Shown: positions 39,831 through 51,100 of the stretch, piece after piece | Numbering within the stretch: the stretch's first letter is position 1 | Layout of the letters: each line of letters begins with the position of its first letter | From: Botryllus schlosseri | Lineage: Eukaryota | Assembly (NCBI GenBank): GCA_051294905.1 | Contig: CM119371.1 | Coordinates: 24,058,001 to 24,122,000, forward strand | Reading direction: 5' to 3' | Length of the DNA: 64,000 nucleotides | Program-made: the position numbers and the translations under genes | Notes under the pieces: model-generated | Told to the model about the DNA's origin: nothing | What the model saw: the letters and a program-made list of their open reading frames with translations, nothing else | Databases searched by the model: none

Positions 39831-41575
39831 AACTTCAAATGACGTCCCACTTCAGTGCACAGAAGTAAAACAGATTGTGTAGCAACACAATGGAATGTGT
39901 GACCTCATAATGCAATGTGTGACCTCATAGGTCTGCGACTGTAATGTTATGTAGGCTAACCTTACAGTTTGCCTTCGTTCAATCAGAAATTGCCTTACTT
40001 TCTTAGTGCGTAATTGCTTCAATTGGCACTTTTTATTTAAAGTATACAACAATATGACTTTATAACTCAAATATGACCTAACCAGGAAAATATGACTTTA
40101 TATGACTTTATAACTTTCTTAATATACCCCATATGGATCAGACATGGGGTAATCGCGATTAGTAATCGTAATCGATTACGACGATTACAGCATTTTGAAG
40201 TAATCGTAATCGCAATCGATTACATTCGAAAAAAATCCGAAGTAATCGTAATCGTAATCGACTACTTCCCATATCTAATCGATTTTTTTGTGAAAGAACT
40301 ATTACTTTTTGTTTGTACAAGGACTATGACATGAACTAAATATTCGTGAACAAGAATGAGATAATGTACCACGTTAGCGATAGCACAAAGTTTGTTTTCA
40401 AACGCCACTGACTCATTATTACGTAAGAAGTATTAGCTCCGCTCGTCATTGCGTAAGAAGTATCCCCACATAGTAAACAGACATGCGATGGACATTGTAG
40501 TGTGATTGTAAGAACACCTCTCGTGGTGTATATCATGTTATCAATTCACTACAGAAGCCGCTACCTCGCAGCAGGATATTGATCACCACTCTGCCTATAG
40601 TTTCAAATAGTAACTTATTAATAGTATTAATGTTTGGTTGTGCTTAGTTAAACGCAGTTTACCATTGCTGCTTGGCGAGCAGGAGGCCTACGTACGCACG
40701 TGCACCTGACGAAGATTCGGAATGTTGTACTCGTCGAATAAAACATTACAGTTTCCACAACGGAGCATTACAAATAAATAGCAGCTCGCTGTATATGTAT
40801 TAAATTGAAGGCAGAATTTTTATGTTAACTATATCTTATTCTCATATAACTACTTGAAACGGGCGTCAATCGTTATTTCACAGTTCGTTACTTAGCATTT
40901 GGACTTGCGCCATAACCATCCGCTGATATAGCCTGACATGTTAGCGTGGGTTGTAGCTAGAATCAGCAATTCCCCTGTCCAATCGTTGGTCAATTTTCAA
41001 TACTGAATTTCGTCAATAATATTGGTAATTGCATTATATTACTATTCATTTATAACCTCTCTGAGCCCCGAGTGTCAGATGTACCTGTAAAGCTGGGGCA
41101 CGTAATTCATATTCATAGCATCTGGTATGTTGTTATAATGACTTTATGTTGTTAATTCGCCACCTCCAGTCCGTTGTATAATCAAAATATATTGTACTCG
41201 CCCAAACGTAGCAGACTAATAGAATATCTTTTGTGAGACGCACACACAAATTGTCATGGCTTTATTCCTTTGTGGATGCGCCGGGTGACATTTGCATTGT
41301 GGGTCCAGATTGGAAGGACAGGAGTTATTAGTCACGCCCGCCCAGCGCGGCTATTGACAATGGTCGAATACCCTAAGTTTCGGCCAAGGTATTTCTTTGG
41401 TATCACATCCCGTGGAGTGGCGTGTTGGCCGAAACTGCATATGTCTTTTGGTGTGTTGTGGGATCGTGGCGCGCTAATGACCGGCTCCGAAATGCCTGTT
41501 CCCATAAAATATAGCCTATGTATATTTTTTTTGAAGGGAAGAGGTATGCATTTCAAACCCAGCTATCTACTGGAG

Positions 41576-42520
41576 CAGGGGTCACCAACTGTTTTGAAAC
41601 AAAAAGTTACTTCTTGTGTAGTGTGTACTGATTATTGTGACGACCGACGGGGTACCACGTACTCCCATCGTTTATCCATGTTCAGTTGGATTTCTTCACT
41701 TAGAGTTAGACAATCAGAGAACTGGGCCGGGTTTCCGCCCCTTACCAAGAATAAAAAAACGCTCACTCGCAGGGACTCACACCAGCTCCTCCAAGCTCAG
41801 TTGCGTTGCTGCCGTGCGCGCAGAAGCGCCAATCTCGGCGTCTAGACTCGGGAATATTAACTATAGATTCCCGTTGAGCCGCCGCGTGGGCGAAGACAAC
41901 CAATGCCCCGAGCGACTGCGTTCGTATGTTCCTTGGCGTCAGCCGACCCATGTTCAACTGCTGCTCATATGAAACGAGCTTCAACTTTCAAATCTCTCAT
42001 TTGGATATTTGCAACAAGGCAGTGGTGGCCATACGAACGGGGGGGGGGGGGGGGGACTGGGCGAGACTTACCGGGGGGCCCCTATAAGTATCTATCCGTA
42101 ACTTATGGGGGGCTTCGCCCCCCAGACCCCCCTTTCGCATCTGGTATTATTATCTATCTATCAAGGTTTGGCGAGGTGCTGAATTCGGTCAGGTCTATTT
42201 TTTCATGTGTGCAAGGATAGACTACATTAAAACTAAGTAGCTCTACCGCATGCAGAGACGTAATGATTATCGGGATATGGTACTTTTCTAACAAATGCAG
42301 AGATTTGATGATGATTGACACATCTGTACGGCATCCGATTCTTGCTTTACACGGATTTCCATGTTTATTCGTTATTATCCTTGGAAAAAGCGTATAATCC
42401 AAAAAGGCGAGCCCTTCGACCATCCCCCCTCCCCGGCGACCGCCCAACTCACCCTCCCAAAAAGCCACCACTACTACAGCGACCGCGGGCGACTCATTTG
42501 GTCCGCGTTGGTGACCCCTG
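41576..42520. mobile_element. Charlie-like hAT MITE (third nesting level)
   Basis: CAGGGGTCACCAAC / GTTGGTGACCCCTG TIRs; TSD TACTGGAG/TACTAGAG; absent from the 22610-25162 copy of the host. Confidence 0.88.
41736..42012 (-). pseudogene. Degenerate 28S (LSU) rRNA fragment
   Basis: Minus strand GCAAATATCCAAATGAGA..TTTGAA...CAGCAGTTGAACATGGGTC...GGGAATC matches the conserved eukaryotic LSU segment (GCAAATATTCAAA.GAGAACTTTGAAG...ACAGCAGTTGAACATGGGTC...GGGA.TC) as recalled from known rRNA. Confidence 0.8.
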
Positions 42521-43217
42521 TACTAGAGACATTTGAATCGCAAAGCTCGAACAACATTTTCAAGAATTAATTAAATTATCGAAAATACTCTATAATATAT
42601 GTTGGTTTACGAAATACTTTTGAGTCCCCTTCGAGCACGCTCCACACTCTATTAAGGAATTTGGGGTGCGGCAGGTAAAGACCTGGCAATAATGCAAATC
42701 GCTGGATGCGATAAATCATCCACTATAAAGTTGGCAATTGATATATTATGACGTAATAAGCAAATGACGCAAGACGTATGAAGAAAGTTGATATCTCATT
42801 AAGCCTTTTCATCGCAATCCTTGTATTGTCTTCCCATATATCATTTAAGATAATAGTCCTAAGCAAAACAAATGTAATCGTGATTACTTTTTCAATGTAA
42901 TCGTAATCGTAATCGACTACATCCTGATTTTGCTGTAATCGTAATCGTAATCGTAATCGCGTGATTCCGAAGTAATCGTAATCGCAATCGATTACATTCA
43001 TAAAGTAATCAACCCATGTCTGATATGGATGCGATTTTTGCGGTAAAATTGATTTCACGACTTACTAATGCATAGAAAAAAATATGACTTTAATGACTTT
43101 AAATGGCCCTACTAATGACACAACAAATGTGAGCAATCTTCCAATGTATATTCGCATACGGCAGTGGTTCTCAAACTGAGGGGGCGAAGCTGCGGTCAAC
43201 TGAAAACCGAACTGATC

Positions 43218-43470
43218 TGGCGAAATGTCATATAGCGGTATATGATTTAACATTTGCAACATCAATAAGTAGCGGGTTCGAGTCCGACCGGGGTCGACCC
43301 TAGAATTCCTAACCGAGTCTTGGATATTCAACTAGACTCCTCGCCCCGTGATCCGAGTAAGCGGTGTCTTGTCAAAGTCTAGAAGTGAGCCGTGCTAAAC
43401 GTCGTTAAATACGGAATCAAAATAAAGAATATCGGCCAGGTGTATAATGACCAACGTAGTCTAAACACCA
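43218..43470 (+). mobile_element. tRNA-derived SINE, copy 3
   Basis: B box GGGTTCGAGTCC at ~43274-43285; body is a reverse-complement homolog of 18033-18287. Confidence 0.72.
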
Positions 43471-44484
43471 TGAACATCAAACAAGCATTGCTCTGCGTGT
43501 AGTCTCGATTTGATATTTGAGAAATCTCTCATCAACAGTCATAACCTTCCATTCCATCAAACTATCTGTTGCGATTGCTAGCATTTTGGTTGAATTTTGT
43601 GATATGACGATAAGGAGGACGCCAAATTTTTCACTATCATAAACGAGGGCGGGTCTGAAAAAGTTTGAAAACGCCGGGTTACAGTGATACGGGTGTGATT
43701 ACAAGTTCAGTCATAATAATGGTATAAACTTATCCCGATATTGTCACAATCCAAATTATAAAACAGTTTTAACAGTAAACGTAGGTGGTCCAGTAACTAA
43801 TGACTTGAGTATTCCGTAAAACAATGGAAGATAACTAGTTACTGACTAACTGTGATTAAATGTGATACAAGTAGGGTTGCATTTAAAATAAACGGTGTTT
43901 TAGAACATTTTGTTCAAAACATGTTTTAAACAGTGTTTTAAACAAATGCCATTTTTTTAAAAATAAAGTATATTTTTTTAAACGTTGCCTAGTTATGCCA
44001 TGACATTCTAAAAACATGTGATGCGAGCCTACGGACGATTTACACCCAATATAGTGGACGTATACGATGTGGGGTAGCTGGAAATTCCAAAATCGGTTCA
44101 ACAGTTCTAGAAAGTAGATATAGAACATTGGTGCTGAATGGGTATTCTGATGATGATGGCGGTCGGCCGTAAAAATGCTGCATATCTATGTATAGTCCTG
44201 GATTTTTTTGGTCTGTATATGGGTCGGAAGCCGTTTTCAACAAGGAGTCATATTAAACCTATATCTTCCATTGTTAAAATCAATCCACTGTGACGTCACA
44301 ATTAAATATCCGTGATGTCATTGTTAAACACGTTTTTATTGTTATGACTGCGAGGTTTCTGACGCTGATAGTGATAACTAAAATAGGTTAGCCGCCTATG
44401 CCATATTATCGCTCAGCCCTACATTCTTATATTTTCACGAAAAAGCTATCACTCTCGGTCATCCATCAATATCACGGTTTCAAT

Positions 44485-45661
44485 CAGGGGTCTCCAACAC
44501 GCGGCCCGCGGGCCGCATGCGGCCCGCGAGGTCCTATTTTGCGGCCCGCGACCTGATTTGAAAAAAAATCAGAAAAACGCTTAGTAAATCATTTTGAAAC
44601 GCTGAAATTTATTTCAATTGAAACATAATGTTGTTGTTGTTCAAAGTAAGCCAATTGTGCCAAATATCACTATTCCTTACTAGTTGATACGGCTTCGGCA
44701 TAGTAATATCATTCCCTGGATGAAGAATTTGCCGGTACGAATGGCTATAATATATTGCCTTGACATGTAATGGCCCACGACTGCCAAGACCGAGACGCAG
44801 TAAAAACAACTTCAGGCTCTCCGAAAGACCATGCTTTACGAGGAGATAGTTGTCTAGCAAGCAGGCCTACCGTGTCTAGCTAACCCAAATATTGATTCTT
44901 TAATCCAGGGGTGGCCATCTGCGGCAGTAGAAGGGAAATTATGTGGCTGTCGTTACTTTTGATAACAACCCTACGTTTTCTAAGATACTCCCTGCATCAG
45001 CTCTATCGGTGAATCTGATCACATTGGCCGAGAAAGGATAAATATTTTATAGTAATATGTGAAACTATACGAATATTGACGAAATCCACTAATGAACATG
45101 AAAATTTTTTCGCGCTTCGCGCGACTACGGACCGCGGTTCCGGTGGCTCTTTACAACATAACTACTAACGATTTCGGTGCGCTTAGTAAGCCGATATGTA
45201 TAAATGGATTATAGTTCGGAGTGTACCGGCAATGGACATGGACAATTTAACCCGGGCATTTGGCCCCAGCTAGTTTATTACGACAAACCACCGGTATGCG
45301 GCCGCAGGCTAAATGAGTAATCGAAATGCGGCCATGAATACCAAAAATGTTGGCCACCCCTGTTTAGCGGCTACAGAGTGTTGTCAGGTATCGTGTACAG
45401 CTCATAGTTCAAAATATAACGAAATTGATGATCATGATAATTTTTATTATATTTGTCTTTGTTCAATAAAATATTATTTCTTTGTGGTGACTATAACCGT
45501 CATCCATGTAAGAGAGCACAGCATTGTAATAACGTAGAGTTAACAGATGTGGTTGTTGAACTGCGTTGCCAACTTTTATATCGATATTCATGTCCTGCGG
45601 CCCGCGGCCTCTAGGAATTCGGAAAAGTGGCCCGCGACCCATTTTGAGTTGGCGACCCCTG
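44485..45661. mobile_element. Charlie-like hAT MITE (GCGGCCCGCG repeats) with a probable nested MITE at ~44906-45362
   Basis: CAGGGGTC.CCAAC / GTTGGCGACCCCTG TIRs; perfect TSD GTTTCAAT. Confidence 0.88.
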
Positions 45662-46207
45662 GTTTCAATGCTTCTCTAGTGGTATTTAGAATTTGTACGT
45701 TCATGTTACCGCGGTACCGTAAGCAGTCCAATAAAATCAGCACCGCGGTTGACGTACCACTGGTGCAAGGACTGATGTATCCGAGTCGATCGGAGGGTGT
45801 GACAAAAAATTGTGCTAACTGAAGTGGATATGGCCTGATATGCGCCCTGCTCTATAATAGATAAGGTATCTTGTAAACACGCCTATTTTTCAATCATATA
45901 ACATACAGCACTGCTTATTACTCGACGACTACTAATCCGCCTTTACATTTTACGATGCGATTTAGACGTCAGTTTTTAAGTCAGTTACCAATTCTAAGCA
46001 TGGTGAAGTCACGTATGCGTTTTTTAAACAAGAAAAACCTCAAAAACAAATGACAAACACGGAAAATCGAATAAAGACGCGCAAGGCACCGCCGCCTATC
46101 CTGCATCCGGTTATTTTCTGGCTTAGGCATGTAGGCTACTCATGATATTGGATACCGGTACGGATATCTAATGCACTGTTCAGTACTGGAGAAGGGACGA
46201 TATTCAG

Positions 46208-46534
46208 AACGGGCGTACGGTCGCGGTTTTAGCATTGATGACTTTGTCTTTCGGGGGAATGATAACGTTATGCAGTATTGGCGCGTTGCGGTATTACATA
46301 TGCGTCTGTTATTCATCCTGTTCTGTGGAAGACCGATCGGTTGTCCGTAACGACTTGAGTAACAAGGAATTGGTGATTGCGAAACTATATCAAGGCTTTT
46401 ATGAATCTGTACCGAATCTTTTGCTCAACATATAGGCATTTCCATTGAAGCTTGAGTCGCAAGAAAGCGATGATGTGGTGCGTATTTTGTCGCCTCTAGT
46501 GTCGTTCTTGTCAATAATCGTCGCCCTGCAGTTA
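46208..46534 (+). pseudogene. Internal fragment of XK-related gene (duplicate of ~59011-59336), truncated by a LINE
   Basis: About 7 mismatches in ~327 bp by eye; premature TAG at 46433-46435; joined directly to the LINE (TAA)n tail. Confidence 0.88.
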
Positions 46535-47338
46535 TTATTATTATTGATGAAAATATGAGTGACGCTTTTCGCCTGTGAGGCCAGGTGCGTCACGGACTAG
46601 AATGAGCGATCGATATACCAAAATGTGGGCAAGAACCGATTTACAAGTAAGTACCACAAGATAGAACAAGTTCTGCAACATGGGATAACATTTCGGGGAT
46701 GATCAGTAGATTTTCGAGTGTTGCAGCGATCCCGAGCTCGCGCGCCCTCTGTCAAATAAAAAGTTCCGATGAAAATCATATCGATTGCAGTGCAGCAAAA
46801 AATGTTCGACTGTTTCAGGTACTGCACAATGGTCGCATAGGTCGGTGTCGCTACATCCAATTTTATATAAATGCGCTTTCAGGCGGCAATGGCCTGAACG
46901 AAGCCGAAATATTAATCGTTCGTAAAGCCTATGTCGATGCATCGATGGAAAGTGGCCATCAGTCAATGATCTATGGAAATTTCGATAGTGACCTCCTCGC
47001 TCATTTCGTTCATATTCGGCGTTCCAGGTCGCTCTACAGTATTGGTGTACTTTGGCCTTCGCCTCAGCGTGGCTAATTTCGTCTCGAAGCGTCTGAGAAG
47101 GGGTATTTTCGATGTCGGTCCTGGAAGCTTGACAAGCCAATTTATCGGCTAACTCATTACCACCGATATCAGCATGCCCCGGTACCCAGGCCAGGACAAC
47201 AATGGCGCCTTTCTGAACCGCTTGATTCAGCAAGCGACCACATTCAAATATAACATTCTGCGTTTGCTGTGCCTGCAAGTTGGTCATAGCGGATAGCACG
47301 CTCAGACTATCCGAGAGAATCAGATATGTTTGATGGTA
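46533..47338 (-). mobile_element. 3' part of I-group (RNase H-containing) LINE
   Basis: ILSDSLS, WVPGHADIGGNELADKLA (RNase H), RLRSGH, CDHC..ETVEHFLLHC. 3' stem-loop GTGACGC..GCGTCAC and (TAA)n tail at 46533-46545. Confidence 0.92.
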
Positions 47339-47394
47339 CACTGTAAAAATTATTGTTGTAAATTTACGACAATAAGCCTGGTGATTTCCAATAC

Positions 47395-47590
47395 AGGCTT
47401 ACAGCCATAAGCCTGTAAGCTCAACAGCCATAAGCCTGTAAGCTCAATACAGCCATAAGCCTGTAAGCTCACTACAGCCATAACCCTGTAAGCTCACTAC
47501 AGCCATAACCCTGTAAGCTCATTACAGCCATTACCCTGTAAGCTCACTACAGCCATAACCCTGTAAGCTCACTACAACCATAAGCTTGTA
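47395..47590. repeat. Subterminal ~23-27-bp tandem repeats of the CACTA element
   Basis: ACAGCCATAA(G/C)CCTGTAAGCTC occurs ~7 times. Confidence 0.9.
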
Positions 47591-48199
47591 ACTCTCTCTC
47601 TTTCTCACCTATAATCTTGCACCTGATACTTGCAGTAGCCGACATTACAACTGACATGATGCACGGTGGTCATAATTGATCACAAATCAATAGAAAGAAC
47701 GGGCATTTTTATACAGCAAATGAATAGAAGCAGAAGCAACACATGCAGCAGGAACAGTAGTAACACCAGCAGTCAGCACAGTATAATAACACAGTATGGA
47801 ACAATAACAAAAGTGTCACGACTTGACCATCAGAGACGTATGTTAATAAGATTGAAGAGGTCAAAGTAAAGGCAAGATCACATTATTCAGCATTGGAACT
47901 TGGGTAAAACCTAATGTCCTAATTTATTGCTCAGGGGCAGCAATTGCCACGTGCTGATACTTCTCGTAGTATAATAAATGAATGGAAAGTACTCAAGTAC
48001 TCTGAAACAGTTAATTTGGCAGATACAAACTTATTCCACTTCTATTTGTACTTTACAGAAGTAGCAGAGTAAAAATTAAGTTCAGAGCAGTTCAAAATGT
48101 GATTTAGCACTCCAAAAAAGGTAAATTTCCTTGAAAACTTGATAACCACTTTTACATCAATGTCCATTAGTGGTAAAATCAGTCGAATCACTTTCTATA

Positions 48200-51100
48200 T
48201 CACATTTTATCACAGATTGAAGTGACTGCAGATGGTACACGCAGTCCCTTGATTTTGCCAATGCAGATGGATAAGAAATGCAAGGTGTTATTCACACTGC
48301 GCTCGAATTGGATATTAAATACCCAATGCAGCGATAGAATGATAGCCAAAGCATATGCAAAATCTACAATGTCATTAATCTTAAGCCCATCAAAGTGTAC
48401 CGTCCATGTCTTTTTCCCAGTGTCCAAATGTATGATTGGGTTTGGTGATTCCGAATCATCCTGAAAAGAAAGGCACATCTGTATATTGAAGGCAATGAGA
48501 GTAGTACGACTAAGAGTAATTTTTTGGCAAACTGGTGTAATTGGTCCAACAATGACTTTTTGGCAAACTGGTGCAATTGGTCCATCGATGACGAGTACAC
48601 CACTTACTAACAGACTGGTTCTCAACCGGTATGCCGCGACACACTAGTGTGCCATTTATGTCTCGCAAGGGTGCTTCAAGAGATTTCTTCTACATTCGGA
48701 AATTATGCGCGAAATACTTCCAGTCTTTATACAGCAAATGATCATTAATCTAAATCGGCTTCGATGTGACGTTAATAGACAAATCAAAATTGCTGTCATG
48801 CCCAATGTTCCCTCTAAGCTGCGCACAAAAAATTCGAAGTGATAACCTTTTTTTTTTGTGGTTACGTACAGTGGTGCCACTCCTAGTGTTTTAACACTAG
48901 ATCTAGTGTTTTTTCGGTCGTCCTAGTGTTCTAGTTTTTTTTTTCGCAAAATTTTGCCAATCTAGTGTTTTTCTGCATTTGTGCTAACAATGAATATTCT
49001 AAGGTTAGACTACTAAATAATACGCTAAATTATTTATTTGATTTAGTGTCTCTGGCTGTATTTGTTTTCAATAATTCTATGTGGTGGTGTTTGTTTGTTT
49101 TTATTGAGATAACTACAGTGGCGCTTTTCGCCTAGTAAGGCCATGTGCGCCACGACAGTAACATTTGTAACAATTCATGGTCTTTGCTTTTTCGTCATCT
49201 TCCGGGTGACTTTTCACACTCGCACTCTTTCACCATCGGCCTCCCTCGTTTTTCATGCGCCCGTATATCTTCGTCTGTACTGCCGACTTTTTGGCGCGGC
49301 TCGCCTACATCTGGGCTTTTCAATGCACTGCGACTGCAGTGAGGTCAGCGACTATGTGGTGGTGTAGTAACAAGCAACTATTACGTAACAGGGTGCGCTG
49401 TGAATTCGTACTTATGAGCGAAAGTCTCTGAAAAAATGAAGAGCGATTTCGCTCTGATGCTCTGTCGTTTTTTGTTGAACTCAGTCTGCAGATTCGGGCA
49501 AGATTTTCATTTGCCGAAGATAGCATACTTGAGTGTATAGAATCCATTAACAGCCTAATCAACACAAAGAATAGTAAAATCAATCATTCCTCTAGCTGTG
49601 CAATTTCCCTCTGTGATATTATTTGATGAGCTTGATGATTTGTCGGAAGAATGGGCTGCTTTGGCAAGATCGCAAAATGAGTTGCAGGTGCCCTCCAACA
49701 GAAATTTTGCAAAAATTGAAATCTGTGCACAATGCGTTTGGTGAATCAAAATTCCCTTTACTGGGGAAGCTCATGACGAATCTCTTAGCATTGCCACATT
49801 CCACTGCATTCGTGGAAATGAAGTATGCTGCACATGGACATGAACACCCCCCATTGTTTGGTTGAAGATGTACTGTAGTGAGGAAGATGCCACACAAAAG
49901 ATACGCATGTTTGATGGATGGTGTATATATATATATAATATAATAATAATTTATAGAGCGCCGAATATAACAATATGTCATTACTACACTAGGGCGCTGT
50001 ACATAAAAGGCAATAAAATATAAAAGTAAACGATATGTATAAAAGACGAAGTGCATAGTTGTAGGGCGGAAAGAACACTACTCTAGTTCGAACGCTCGTG
50101 TGAATAAAACGGTCTTGATTTTGCGTTTGAAAACATATAGCGAGTCACATAGTCTGATAGAAATTGGAAGATTGTTCCACAGAATGGCGGCCGAGGAAGA
50201 AAAGGTTCTCACACCGTAGGTCGATGTTCTAACTCTTGGAACTGACAAGAGCATTTGGGACTGAGAACGTAGCGCTCTTCCGGGATTATACATTGTCACT
50301 AGCTCACGAAGATACGTTGGTGCACTTCCCTCCATGCATTTGAAGACGTACAGAAGAAGCTTGTATTCAGACCTAAATTTCACGGGTAACCAATGAAGGG
50401 ATCTAAGAATCGGCGTTACGTGATCACGCTTCCTTGACCGAGTTACCAAACGAGCAGCGATGTTTTGGATCTTTTGTAGCTTGTCGATGCAATTTTGGTT
50501 TACCCCGTAAAGCAGAGCATTTCCACAGTCAGTCCATAGTCCATAGTGTACAATCGAATGATAAATTTTTATGACCCCGTACAATTCGAAAGCGACAATA
50601 TTTGATTTTTTTTGCGCTATTGAATTCATTTCATTAATTTTCGTTGAATAATTATGCAGTAGTATCAATTCGTTTCATTAATTATCGTCGAATAATCATG
50701 CAGTATATCATGCATATGTATCGAATTCATGTGCGGAACACTTCTTATCTATGGATTTGTACCTTGGTCATCATGATTACTTGGCAACAGCAAATTTTTC
50801 CAGCAATTTACTAATCTAGTGTTTTTTTCGCCAATCTAGTGTTTTTTCACGACATAATCTTGTGTTTTTCCTGGAACCTAGAGTGGCAACACTGGTTACG
50901 TACTGTTGTCCAAGTAACCGCGCAGTGAGTGCGCGCTGACTCGTAAAAAATAGAGGGAACATTGGTCCTGCCCGCAATCAATACCCCGCTCGAATTCGCT
51001 TTACTCGGCATATCCTCATCGTCTTCCTAATCACCAGAAGAAATGAACCCACTTGGAAGTGCCGGTCCCGTTCAAAAATTTGACGAACATAGCCATCCAC

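Larger units (their letters stand above)
40139..43022. mobile_element. hAT-type non-autonomous element, (GTAATC)n family, copy 2 (nested)
   Basis: CAGACATGGG / CCCATGTCTG TIRs; perfect TSD ATATGGAT. Confidence 0.92.
39190..43111 (-). mobile_element. hAT element (internally deleted), host of a nested stack
   Basis: TAGGGCCATTT / AAATGGCCCTA TIRs, perfect TSD CTAATGAC, ATGACTT subterminal repeats. Confidence 0.92.
48803..50964. mobile_element. hAT-type MITE nested in intron 8 of the accessory gene
   Basis: CAATGTTCCCTCTA / TAGAGGGAACATTG TIRs; TSD GTCATGCC/GTCCTGCC; a related end occurs at ~34012-34027. Confidence 0.85.

Noticed and set aside
41270..41845. 191-aa ORF as a gene
   Set aside because: It runs across the junction of two nested MITEs and the rRNA fragment, so it is a chance open frame.
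36040..46207. A 10-kb intron joining the two XK-like fragments (GT at 36040, CAG at 46205-46207)
   Set aside because: Weak donor, and splicing would delete 4 nt relative to the reference copy, causing a frameshift; fragment B also has a premature stop.
47395..47590. CRISPR-like short repeats
   Set aside because: Head-to-tail subterminal repeats of the CACTA element with no spacers.
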